64,000 nucleotides of DNA from Lingula anatina (Eukaryota > Animalia > Brachiopoda): positions 11,160,001 through 11,224,000 of the forward strand of contig CM120640.1 in NCBI GenBank assembly GCA_051362555.1. Reading direction: 5' to 3'. How positions within the stretch are numbered: the stretch's first letter is position 1; each line of letters opens with the position of its first letter. The notes beneath the pieces are model-generated. The model was not told where the DNA came from and did not search any database. It saw only the letters and a list, made by a program, of their open reading frames with translations. This document shows positions 1 through 19,809 of this stretch, piece after piece. Made by a program: the position numbers and the translations under genes.

Positions 1-59
1 AAGACTGAAATGAAAGACTATTGGTTAGCATACTTCAAAAACATCAACCAAAAATCTTA

Positions 60-8521
<8,462 letters not shown>

Positions 8522-10541
8522 CGTGGATACATATACCCTGAATCAGATTTTGATCAATAGGAGTCGCTAAACACGCAAGATGAGCTTTCGGCTTTTATGT
8601 CAAATGTCCGTAACGATTCATATGAAGTCCCATTTTAGCCACAAAAACCAACCAAATGCCTGGCCAGCAGATAGTTTCAAATAGCATAACTAAGAGAATT
8701 ACCAAAAGATATTGCACTTTACCCGAAAATGATATTTGAATGGAATTTTTCTACTAGCTTTTTATGCTGTATATACAGCTTTTCCCTTGGCATGTCGACT
8801 TTACATGTACAGGTATTTGAGTTTTATAAGAAACTAGTAGAAGTGGTTTTTATGTGTTACTGGGAATTACGCTCCACCGATGCTCGGTTCATATGTACAT
8901 GTACCTTTAACACATTATCCCTCTGACATTGGGGTTCATTTGAGCTGGCCAGTATTGGAGCTTATGCAGGTGAAGAATGGTCTGTTTTTACAAAATCATA
9001 CAGGGTCAAAACACCTGCCAGCTCCGCTTCATATTTAATCCTCACACTAATGCATGCTCTTTTCCTGGACAGTGGCCTTCCAATAAACATCAAGCACCAA
9101 TCCTCAATCCACAGAAACTTAAAGCTCACTAAATGCAAGTGTTTTTTCTCTTGCACCCTCAGGCATGGGCTTGGCTAGAAATCACTCTTTCCAAGTCCTT
9201 CACATATTTACCAAAGCATCTTTTAACAGGTTATTTAAATATGCACATAGCACATCTTCGAAGCACTGTAATAATTTTTTAAAACCTACAGCCATCATTA
9301 TATTCCTCATGGAGAGATATTGCATGCTTATAAATAGATGGTTTGATTGATTGATAGACTGATAGATTGACATCAATAACTTTCAAATAACATGGTGATC
9401 TTAAGATAATTGTCTACTAAAGATATGGACTATCAGTTTGCCAAAGCCTACAGATGGCAATCGGAGTAACCAACAAACTGAATGAACATTTTAAATTCCT
9501 TGTCTCTCCTTTGAGAAATTTTAAGGCATGTGTCGGCCATGGAAATCAAGTGAAATAGTGACCATAATAATTTCAATACTTGTTGTACATCAAAGTGCAC
9601 TTTTGTTTTCCTTTTTCTTTTGCATTCCTGTGAATCTTGATTTGTATGTATACAAAGCTCTTGCCAGCTAAACAAGACTGTAAGCCAAGGCCTGCATGTC
9701 AACTGATGCCACAAGCATCTATATGAATGATGCTGCTAATAACACTGATTACATTCTTTGCCTGGAAGGTTTTATTCTCTACATTATTTTGTTACTTTCT
9801 GTTGCAGAAAATCGCACTGGCAAAATCACAATACTTCAAATTCCCATATTAACATGGTATGGCAAATGTAGACTTATTTTTTCCATTTGTAACTTGGTTA
9901 CTTCTATAACAGAACAAAGACAAGTTTATACTGGCAGAGGAAATGTATTATACAACTGATCAATGTATATCCGCCACAATGAATTGGATTTGCTCCCATC
10001 ATATTTGCAAGCTAATGTCTAAAAATCTAAAAGAATGAACATATTTCTTTTTCAGATGATGATAATATTAGTTATATATTAAACAGAGACAAAATCCCCT
10101 TTTCAATATACCTTAGGGCAGTGGGAAGATAATGGCTGTAGTTTGAATGTGATTATAACAGTTAAACTCCTTCGGCAATTTCTGTAAAACTTCAACGTGT
10201 GACAGGAATTTTATATTGTCAATAACACTAAATTAGATAGCAGATATGCTGGCTGAGTGCTAACATCCTTGGCTGTCAAACATGTCAGAGTGGGATTCGA
10301 TTCTCACTCAGTCCATTTTTTTTCTTTTATTTTTTTCAAAATTATTATTATATACTAATCTCTTACCACGATTCAATGATTGATGTGACAGGTATCAGCT
10401 TGTTACATGTATTTACATTAAGGCCTCCTTCTATGAAGGTTGTACATATCAACTTTTACCACCAAATGCACTGATTTAGATGTAAAGTCATGTTCCTTTG
10501 CCTATTAAAATGTACAAATATGTTTCTCATCAGTTTTTCAA

Positions 10542-13500
10542 TTAATAGCCGCGTTCCAAAGCTTCCTTTTCTTTCTGTTTCCTTATTTTTTTTCTTTCTT
10601 CATCTAATTTCTCGATATCAACATGAGCCAATGGCTTCCCAAAGACACCATAACCCACAGTGAATGTTCCATCTCGAATTGTGAAACGCTGTCCTTGTTC
10701 CAAGACCTAAAAATCAACCAGATATTCTTTTATTATTTAATGGAAAGTAATATTTCACCTTTTATTGCACTGTAACATAACACGGGATGCAATTGTAACA
10801 ACAAAACAACCTTTCTTTTTTGCAAACTTATTAAACAGTTAAAATATAGTTGAAACTTAAAAAAAGTATTGTGTGACAGTATCCAGAAGATTCATTTATA
10901 AAAAAAGATGTCGTGAGATGTTCAACAGCATAAAATATTTACCATTTTCTTCCTTAGTATCACCTGAACTGGCCCATCTTCCCCTGGCATCATCATGTCT
11001 TTACCAACCATGTTAATTTGTCCAGGGCAATCCCAAGTTTTAGAGTACAAGTGCATACCTATGCCAGTGAGTAAAGGTTTAGGCCTGCCACCTTCTTCTT
11101 TGCTCATCAAATATATCTGCAAATTGTAAAACATAATAACTGTGCTGTTCACAGAGTAGAAAGATATCTTTTATGTATATGCCAGAACGTCAGAGAGAGA
11201 GAAAGAAGTATTTGACAGTGCCTTTTCTTCTTTTTTTAGAGCAAGAAAAACAAATACTTACTGATGCTTCAGCATGATTATGTATGCTCATGCTCTTAGG
11301 TTTGGCCACAACCATGCCACGTCTCACATCACCTCTTTTCATTCCTCGAAGCAGAATTCCCATCTGGTCACCAGCCTGACCCTGATCCAAGGTCTGTCGG
11401 AACATCTCGATACCTAGATAACAAGAAATGTACAGAAATCTACTGCAAAATTCTTCACAATATTCCATTAGCTGAATTTGCTCTTGTCTAAAAGCATAAC
11501 TGTTGACACAACATGCAATGCATTCCTATACAAAACCACATGAAACATATCTTACCTGCAATGAAAGTTTTAGTTTGTTTGTCATGCCCCAAAAGCTCAC
11601 ATTCTTCACCTTTCTTCACCTTCCCTCTTTCCAATTTTCCTGTTACAACTGTCCCTCGACCTTGAAGAAAAAAATAATACAAATGTTAAATCCCCATAAC
11701 TGCATTTATCGTTGTTACCTTGATGTACTCAAAGCGGTTCATCTGTTCTTTGCAATTAGTTTATGGGAATATTTCCAGAAATGCAGAAATGCTCAGAAAT
11801 AAATCAATCCACCTGAAGCTGACAAACAGTCACTGCTTTGACAAATATATGATAATAATATTAGCTTAATCTAGTCACATCCAATACAATAAATAAACAA
11901 ACAAGACCATAAGCTGGCCTGACCAAAATGATTAATAATAAAACAATTTAAGTCCATCTACCTTCAATTTGGTATGTGTACTCTACTGGCAAGTAGAATG
12001 GTTTATCCAGGTCTCTTACTGGAGTTGGTATGTGAGAATCAATAGCATCCAGCAATTCCAAAATCTTCTTTTCACCCAACTCTGGGTTACTTCCCTAAGT
12101 ACAGAAAATCAAAATGGCGCAACACTACTTGTATTTCAATCACTTCCCTTAAAATGTGTATAAAATTTAAATAACTTTAATTTTCTTTCAAGAATATTCT
12201 GATCACAGAGGGGAATTGAGAATGACAACAAAAGAAGAAATTCATCCATCCCACTTTTACCTTAACAATCACTAATTTTTAACACGCAACTGTTCTTCTA
12301 TGGAAAACAAAGAAATGCCTCCAAAAGATGCCAAATCAATGTAAATATCACACATGTCATATGTTAATAATCTCTGATAGTTCCAAAATATACAGGATGG
12401 TCCCATTTTTCTTACCTCTAGTGCATTAAGTGCAGAACCTACAATGATTGGAGTTTTTGAAGAGTCAAATCCATACTCATCTAGCAGTTCTTTCATCTCC
12501 ATATCAACCTATTTTCATAACAAATTCAGAATACACAAAAATTAAAAATAGGTCTGCAGAGAAATGCTTGTGCTTATATATGTGGCATTTATTTAATGCT
12601 AATTTTGGAAAAAAAATTCTGACTTTTATTCCTATGAAGTTCTCTTATTTAATCAATGCAAATTTCAAATTTATGACCCTGCAATTTGCTATCAACTTAC
12701 CAATTCCAACATTTCTGCATCAGCTGCATCAGCTTTGTTCACAAACACTACAACATTTGATATACCAATCTGAAAATGAATTAATGACTTAAATAAGAAA
12801 AACACCAAAGTCAAATAACAACTACTGCCATATTTACTTTGGCAAAATGTTAACATTTATATAAATGAAAAAAGCCAGCTAAAGCTGAACAGCCAAACTT
12901 CAGTGTAAACTAAGAAGAGTGTCAAAATAATACAGCAATATACAAATTTTGAGCTTTGACACCCAGTCAAAAACTTTAACTGTAAATGCAGGACCCAAAA
13001 TTATGGAAAAAATATACTGAAACAAGAAAATAATCCAAGCTGGCTGGCTTTTGACCTGGAGCTTTATCTTAGTAAATTGTGCAAAAGCCATGGCTGACTT
13101 CAAAAAACATAAATGTTTCTTGAACTAGAGGATCAGAGAGGCGATACCGCCTCCGAATATTGTACCACCAGCTGGAGCAAGCGCATTCGTATAGACCCCC
13201 ACATACACAAAATAAGGGGTGCAGCCACCAGTCTTGTGCTTGACAAGCTGTAAAAATGCAATCAACAAGAATTTTCAAAATATGCAAAAAATATATATAA
13301 CTAAAAATGGTGCAATCAAAGTTAAGTTCATTGTAAGGTAGGTCAAAGGTCAATTTCAAGGTCACAGTAAATTGCCAGTATATGACTTCCTATCCAACTT
13401 CAATAGTAACTATGGACCTATCTCTGCCAGTTTTGGAGATAAAAGGGAAGCAAAATTTGCAAAGTTCAGTTCATGGTGAAAAGTAGGTCAAAGGTCAATT

Positions 13501-16500
13501 TCAAGGTCACAGTAAGATTGCCAGTATATGACTTCCTATTTAACTTCAATAGTAACTATGGACCTATCTCTGCCAGTTTTGGAGATAAAAGGGAAGCAAA
13601 ATTTGCAAAGTTCAGTTCATGGTGAAAAGTAGGTCAAAGGTCAATTTCAAGGTCACATTTAGATTGCCAGTATATGACTTCCTATTCAACTTCAATAGTA
13701 ACTATGGACCTATCTCTGCCAGTTTTGGAGATAAAAGGGAAGCAAAATTTGCAAAGTTCAGTTCATGGTGAAAAGTAGGTCAAAGGTCAATTTCAAGGTC
13801 ACATTTAGATTGCCAGTATATGACTTCCTATTCAACTTCAATAGTAACTATGGACCTATCTCTGCCAGTTTTGGAGATAAAAGGGAAGCAAAATTTGCAA
13901 AGTTCAGTTCATGGTGAAAAGAAGGTCAAAGGTCAATTTCAAGGACACAGTAAAATTGCCAGTATATGACTTCCTATGCAAGTTCAATAGTAACTATGGA
14001 CCTATCTCTGCCAGTTTTGGAGATAAAAGGGAAGCAAATTTTGCAAAGTTCAGTTCAAGGTGAAAAGTAGGTCAAAGGTCAATTTCAAGGTCACAGTAAA
14101 ATTGCCAGTATATGACTTCCTATTCAAGTTCAATAGTAACTATGGACCTATCTCTGCCAGTTTTGGAGATAAAAGGGAAGCAAAATTTGCAAAGTTCAGT
14201 TCATGGTGAAAAGTAGGTCAAAGGTCAATTTCAAGGTCACATTTAGATTGCCAGTATATGACTTCCTATTCAACTTCAATAGTAACTATGGACCTATCTC
14301 TGCCAGTTTTGGAGATAAAAGGGAAGCAAAATTTGCAAAGTTCAGTTCATGGTGAAAAGAAGGTCAAAGGTCAATTTCAAGGTCACAGTAAAATTGCCAG
14401 TATATGACTTCCTATGCAAGTTCAATAGTAACTATGGACCTATCTCTGCCAGTTTTGGAGATAAAAGGGAAGCAAATTTTGCAAAGTTCAGTTCAAGGTG
14501 AAAAGTAGGTCAAAGGTCAATTTCAAGGTCACAGTAAAATTGCCAGTATATGACTTCCTATTCAAGTTCAATAGTAACTATGGACCTATCTCTGCCAGTT
14601 TTGGAGATAAAAGGGAAGCAAAATTTGCAAAGTTCAGTTCATGGTGATAAGTAGGTCAAAGGTCAATTTCAAGGTCACAGTAAGATTGCCAGTATATGAC
14701 TTCCTATTCAACTTCAATAGTAACTATGGACCTATCTCTGCCAGTTTTGGAGATAAAAGGGAAGCAAAATTTGCAAAGTTCAGTTCATGGTGAAAAGTAG
14801 GTCAAAGGTCAATGTCAAGGTCACAGTAAGATTGCCAGTATATGACTTCCTATTCAACTTCAATAGTAACTATGGACCTATCTCTGCCAGTTTTGGAGAT
14901 ATAAGGGACTAAATGTTATAATTTTGGAGTTACCATAATGTGCCATAAATTTCCTACAGAAAAAATTAATTAAAATAAAGAAAAGGTCATTTTGGTCAAA
15001 GTTCTTGAAATGGGAGGTTCTCTGAAGTTGCAGAAGTTTAAATTTGATAAAATAATGTCATTTTTGACCACAAGTTGTCTGCTTTGCCAAGCATTATGTT
15101 TTATTTTTCCGGAGTTCAAAATTTATTATCCATTACCGTACTGCACATTTTTACGGAAGCCGACTGGTGCCATATGTTGAAAAAAAAAATTATCTCGAAA
15201 TTTCGAGATAGCATTTTTTTTGTTCAAATTTCAAAATACTATCTCGAAATTTCGAGATAAATTTTTTTGCTCAAATATCAAAATGCTATCTCGAAATTTC
15301 GAGATAATTTTTTTTTTTGTTCAAATTTCAAAATGCTATCTCGAAATTTCGAGATAAAAATTTTTTTTGTTCAAATTTCAAAATAGTATCTCGAAATTTC
15401 GAGATAATTTTTTTTTCTACATATGGCACCAGTCGGCTTCCGTACATTTTCCTTTCACCACCAATATGTACTTTCTGATACAGCGTAACTCGAAAACCGT
15501 ATGGAATACAAAAAAACCGAGACCACCTCCAGTGTTGGGCTTTACATGCTCTACAAAATGCAAAAAAGAATGGGTCTCTAGCATTAACGGTTCCCGAATT
15601 AGAGACAGTTTTCAGTTTCGGTATCTTATGGCCACTACTCCTGTGAAAATGCACCGATTGACCCCAAATTCAGGGAGATGAAAGATGACCTGAAGGGTAA
15701 CACTTTCCAATAATATTATTGGTTAAGTCTGTGTGGCGTCTGAATAACAGGGCAAAAAAATTTTTTTTCGTAAAAAATTTCATTTTTTTGAAAATTTTGA
15801 CCCATTTGACCTTGAAGTAAAGGTCAAAGGTCAAATCCGAGGGTATATTTGAAATCTACACATATGACTTTTGGAAAGCCGTCTATAGAAATTTTTCCCG
15901 TAACTCCTTCTGTAGGGTAGATAATTAGCATTTAATTTTGCCATTTTTAGACAAGGGTGCATTGCAATGAGTGCCACACCCAGACCCCAATACCGACAAA
16001 GCCCAAATTTTACGTGGAACGAGTTGAGATTATAGGTGACCTAAATCCATGAGATGGGTACGGGGGCCCTTACCGTCTAGGAGGAGAAGCGGTAACGGTA
16101 ACATGGCGGCGGAGCCGGCGGAACGGACCGGACGGGACCGAAACCATGTGTACCGCCAGCGCTAACGCTGGTGGTAAATTTTTTTGTTCAAATTTCAAAA
16201 TAGTATCTCGAAATTTCGAGATAATTTTTTTTTCTACATATGGCACCAGTGGGCTTCCGTACATTTTCCTTTCACCACCAATATGTACTTTTTGATACAG
16301 CGTAACTCGAAAACCGTATGGAATACAAAAAAACCGAGACCACCTCCAGTGTTGGGCTTTACATGCTCTACAAAATGCAAAAAAGAATGGGTCTCTAGCA
16401 TTAACGGTTCCCGAATAAGAGACAGTTTTCAGTTTCGGTATCTTATGGCCGCTACTCCTGTGAAAATGCACCGATTGACCCCAAATTCACGGAGATGAAA

Positions 16501-19500
16501 GATGACCTGAAGGGTAACACTTTCCAATAATATTATTGGTTAAGTCTGTGTGGTGTCTGAATAACAGGGCAAAAAATTTTTTTTTCGTAAAAAATTTCAT
16601 TTTTTTGAAAATTTTGGCCCATTTGACCTTGAAGTAAAGGTCAAAGGTCAAATCCGAGGGTATATTTGAAATCTACACATATGACTTTTGGAAAGCCGTC
16701 TGTAGAAATTTTTCCCGTAACTCCTTCCGTAGGGTAGATAATTAGCATTTAATTTTGCCATTTTTGGACAAGGGTGCATTGCAATGAGTGCCACACCCAG
16801 ACCCCAATACCGACAAAGCCCAAATTTTACGTGGAACGAGTTGAGATTATAGGTGACCTAAATCCATGAGATGGGTATGGGGGGCCTTACCGTCTAAGAG
16901 GAGAAGCGGTAACGGTAGCCGTCCGGCGGAGCCGGCGGAGCCGGCGGAACGATCCGGACGAGACCGAAACCATGTGTACCGCCAGCGCTAACGCTGGTGG
17001 TACAATAATGATCATCTTGGCAAATCAAAATTCTTTCCACAATTTTTTTGTATGTCAACCAGTTCTGACAATTTAAGCCTTCACATCCAAGAAATTTTTT
17101 AAGCTGTCCAGTCATCAAAAGTCTCTCAAGAAAATGGTCTTTTTAATGACAGATGAATGGCCCTCTGGAAGAAGCCTTAGCTACCAATAGTCCATAATAA
17201 TCACCAAAACTCACCTGTTTAGCAAGAATCAAGTGTTCCTTAGTTTGAGGCATTACACCATCTGTAGCAGCTATGACTAAGATTGCTGCCTCCATCTGTG
17301 CTGATCCTGTTATCATATTCTACAACAGAGAATAAATGCCATCTGTACCTATAGATTGTAGAGGACATACACACATCACCATAAAATTGTAAATGTATAT
17401 GGAAATCCCACAACCACCACATATCTCTGAAAAATGTATTTTTTGGGTTTCATATAACAATGTTCACCTTCTTCAACTTCTGAGATTACTGAACAAGGCT
17501 CTATTCTCATAGATTTTAGATCGATCTATCCCCGCGGGGAGTCTCACTAGATTACTTTCAGATAATCTGACTTAAATGTCCGTCCCGCCTACTACAAGCT
17601 GTAACGGAGGTAATTAACTTTCGTGTCCGCCCGGCTGACAGCTATTTAGCGTGAACCCCCAGGGAGTTAGGTCGATCTAAAGTAGGTCGATCTAATCTAT
17701 GGAAATGGGGTGCAAGAGTCACAACACAAACTGTTGTCAAATTCAATATAGATTTATAATTCACAATTTCAAAAGATGAACCCTAGGAAGTATAAGAATA
17801 AACAAGGCAGCCTACTTTGATGTAATCTTTATGCCCTGGGCAGTCCACATGTCCATAATGCCGGTTATCTGTTGAATACTCAATACATGCAGCATTAATG
17901 GTGATGCCCCTTGTCTTTTCCTCTGGTGCATTGTCAATGTCATCATATTTTTTGTATTCAGTTTTGTTCTTTGAAGCAAGGACTGAAATGGATAATCAAT
18001 ATGAAAAGGTGAACCATTATTCAAATATTGAAACTATGTAAATATTTTGTCACTCAACATAGTTGCACTGTCTTCAAAGTTATATATACTTTTCAAAATA
18101 TTTTCACTTAAAATTACGTAAAAAAAAAACTGTTTAAGCACATATCTAACACATACGCACACTTAAATCAATATTTTCTTTGCCTAACTAGTAAAAGATC
18201 TTCTTTGTATTTACCTTTTGTAATGGCAGCTGTAAGAGTAGTCTTCCCATGGTCTACATGGCCTATGGTTCCTATATTCATATGAGGTTTATCGCGAACA
18301 AAAGCCTTTTTCTGTCCTACAGGTGCAGCATATCTGTTTGCAGACAACGACAAGCAACGTTGGTTCTGTAATTTTGAATTATGTATTGTTTATATTTTGC
18401 TACATACTCTATGTGGTAATTAACACATAAGTTCAATACAACAATTCTTAAAAAGTCCTATTAAAAAAAAAACAGGTTATTTAAATTGTACTCTTAGGTG
18501 TCTGTAGATAGTTTGAATATGGCATCAGTTCTATGAGATGAGAAGGATGTCCCAGTTTAAGTCAGAGTTATCTGATGCTAACTTAGTAAGTCTAATGACC
18601 CTAAGGAGTCCAAAGAGTCTATTATAGAACTTCTCTACATGTAATATGAGGTTGCGAAAATATTATGCACAAGCTATAAAAGTTTTTTTAAGATCAACAT
18701 TCTGTCACAACAATATAATAGTAGGCTAAACACCCTCTTTATTTTCTGTGAGGATTATTGGAATCAATACAAAAAGATCTACATGAATAAGCCTGGAAAC
18801 AATACTTACCAACAGCAGACATTCTGTGAACCTTTGGGTTGTGAAGTGTTTTGAAACTGCAAATGGAATATGTTATAAAATTCATCATTTTTAACTACTA
18901 TTTTTTTAGTATATTTGATTCTGAGTGATTGCTTTTTATCTACATTGTATCTAAATTTCATCAGCTAAAGCCATAAATGAAAGGGCTGGAAGTATAAAAA
19001 TACCAAAATAATTTTAATAACTTGAATATCAATAAAATGCCATTTAAATATCACCAAAGAAAAAAATGATAAGCTAACACGAAGTTATATGATTTAGTGC
19101 AAATAGTACACGTCAAAAACCATAAATAGGAGTACTAGTAAAAGCATTCGTGAAACTTCTTCCTATTGCAGTCAATTGCAGTGCTAGACATTAGACTGTG
19201 TACACAAGTAAAATTATAACAAGTACGCGTTACACAATTCACAATGATAAATAACAGAACACTTTATTTTAGAAAATACACACTTCTTCCTCTGAAGTTC
19301 CAGTTATAAAAATTTGCAATAAACACTGTAACGTAAGGCTTTGATTTAGATTATAACCAAACCTTGCCTAAAGTCTTACAATACCGTAACGTGATCGTGG
19401 TTGTCATTTTAATAAAAAAAACACACTTCTTCCACACATAAAACTTTCAATAAAACACGGTAAGACTTTGGTTATAATCAAACCTTACCTAATTTCTTAC

Positions 19501-19528
19501 AATGCCGTAACGTGATCATGGTTGCCAT
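10542..19528 (-). CDS. TUFM: Mitochondrial elongation factor Tu, 12 coding exons
   Basis: Exons approx 19489-19528 ([13 protein letters not shown]), 18810-18856, 18216-18365 ([20 protein letters not shown]), 17816-17982 (RGITI...DCPGH), 17216-17319, 12702-12769 (NKAD), 12417-12507 (GSAL), 11962-12095, 11556-11660 (GRGTVVTG), 11261-11413, 10943-11116, 10542-10706 (GQRFTIRDG...stop TAA). Phases of exons 1-3 checked and compatible. Confidence 0.95.
13340..14908. repeat. Tandem array of a 146-bp monomer, ~11 units
   Basis: aggtcaaaggtca recurs at 13340, 13485, 13631, 13777, 13923, 14069, 14215, 14361, 14507, 14653, 14799. Confidence 0.95.
15152..15444. mobile_element. Nested MITE, TIR TACGGAAGCCGACTGGTGCCATATG, 6-bp TSD CATTTT, internal ~47-50-bp repeats built on palindrome TATCTCGAAATTTCGAGATA (IS3EU-like termini)
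   Basis: TIRs at 15152 and 15444; CATTTT at 15146-15151 and 15445-15450; empty site visible in H1 copy 2 near 58740-58760. IS3EU assignment rests on recalled TAYGG..CCRTA termini with 6-bp TSD. Confidence 0.8.
15361..17003. repeat. ~817-bp direct tandem duplication (15361-16175 / 16178-17003) of the H1 5' portion
   Basis: Near-identical sequence, also reflected in paired ORFs 15367/16184; a few substitutions and a different (ggcggagcc)n length. Confidence 0.9.
17497..17712. mobile_element. MITE family A, copy 2 (TUFM intron)
   Basis: ctattctcatagat...ggggagtctcactag...cttaaatgtc...atctatggaaatgggg; homologous to 552-792. Confidence 0.7.
19330..19410 (-). repeat. Diverged tandem duplicate of TUFM exon 1 (ATG plus GC-type donor)
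   Basis: Reads ATG ACA ACC ACG ATC ACG TTA CGG TAT TGT AAG ACT TTA G|GCAAG versus true exon ATG GCA ACC ATG ATC ACG TTA CGG CAT TGT AAG AAA TTA G|GTAAG. Confidence 0.8.
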
Positions 19529-19809
19529 TTTGCACATGTGCCGGCCCCAGCATGATGGCGCGCTAAACCAAGACATACCTAGCATTATATAAGAAAATTA
19601 TATAAATGAACGGAATATATTTTGTTTCAATGTTTATTCATAGGAAATCCTCAAAATTAACTTGGTGTTTATGAAAAATAGTTAACTTTTTGTGTTTAAC
19701 AGTTAACTTGTTATGTTTTTAAAAACCACTCAGTTTAGCTTCTCTTGATAACATACACATTGAACGTGGTTCTTCTGATTCCTGTCCAGGGGCAAGTGTA
19801 CGGGAAATA
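19529..19809. promoter_or_regulatory. Putative bidirectional promoter TUFM/POP5
   Basis: Divergent start codons with 281 bp between them; YY1-like AAAATGGC overlaps the TUFM ATG and GATGGCG lies at ~19554. Confidence 0.6.

Larger units (their letters stand above)
13123..17006 (-). mobile_element. Non-autonomous Helentron/HINE-type element, family H1 copy 1 (TUFM intron), with nested MITE and duplicated 5' portion
   Basis: Subterminal inverted repeats attgtaccaccagc (~13159-13172) / gctggtggtacaat (~16993-17006); terminal hairpin at the 17006 end; short palindrome gaggcg-atac-cgcctc then CTAG+T terminus at the 13125 end (read on -); GC-rich (ggcggagcc)n; central tandem array; no ORF. Confidence 0.85.

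Noticed and set aside
8940-9180. Relatively GC-richer stretch with short open frames on both strands between ACAT1 and TUFM
   Set aside because: No recognisable protein similarity and no consistent splice sites.
10247-10316. tRNA-like segment with A-box and B-box-like motifs followed by poly-T
   Set aside because: I could not fold a convincing cloverleaf; at most a decayed tRNA-derived SINE head. tRNAscan-SE would decide.
15191-15406. CRISPR-like array of palindromic repeats
   Set aside because: The spacers are near-identical to each other, the array lies within TIRs and a TSD in an animal intron, and there are no cas genes.
15328-16498. Repeated 104-133 aa ORFs (also 58513-58779) as TE-encoded proteins
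   Set aside because: They overlap on both strands, show no Rep/helicase or transposase motifs, and recur only because the DNA is duplicated.
18366-18458. Longer TUFM exon starting at the AG near 18458
   Set aside because: In-frame stop codons; the 47-nt exon at 18810-18856 plus the acceptor at 18366 gives a clean frame.
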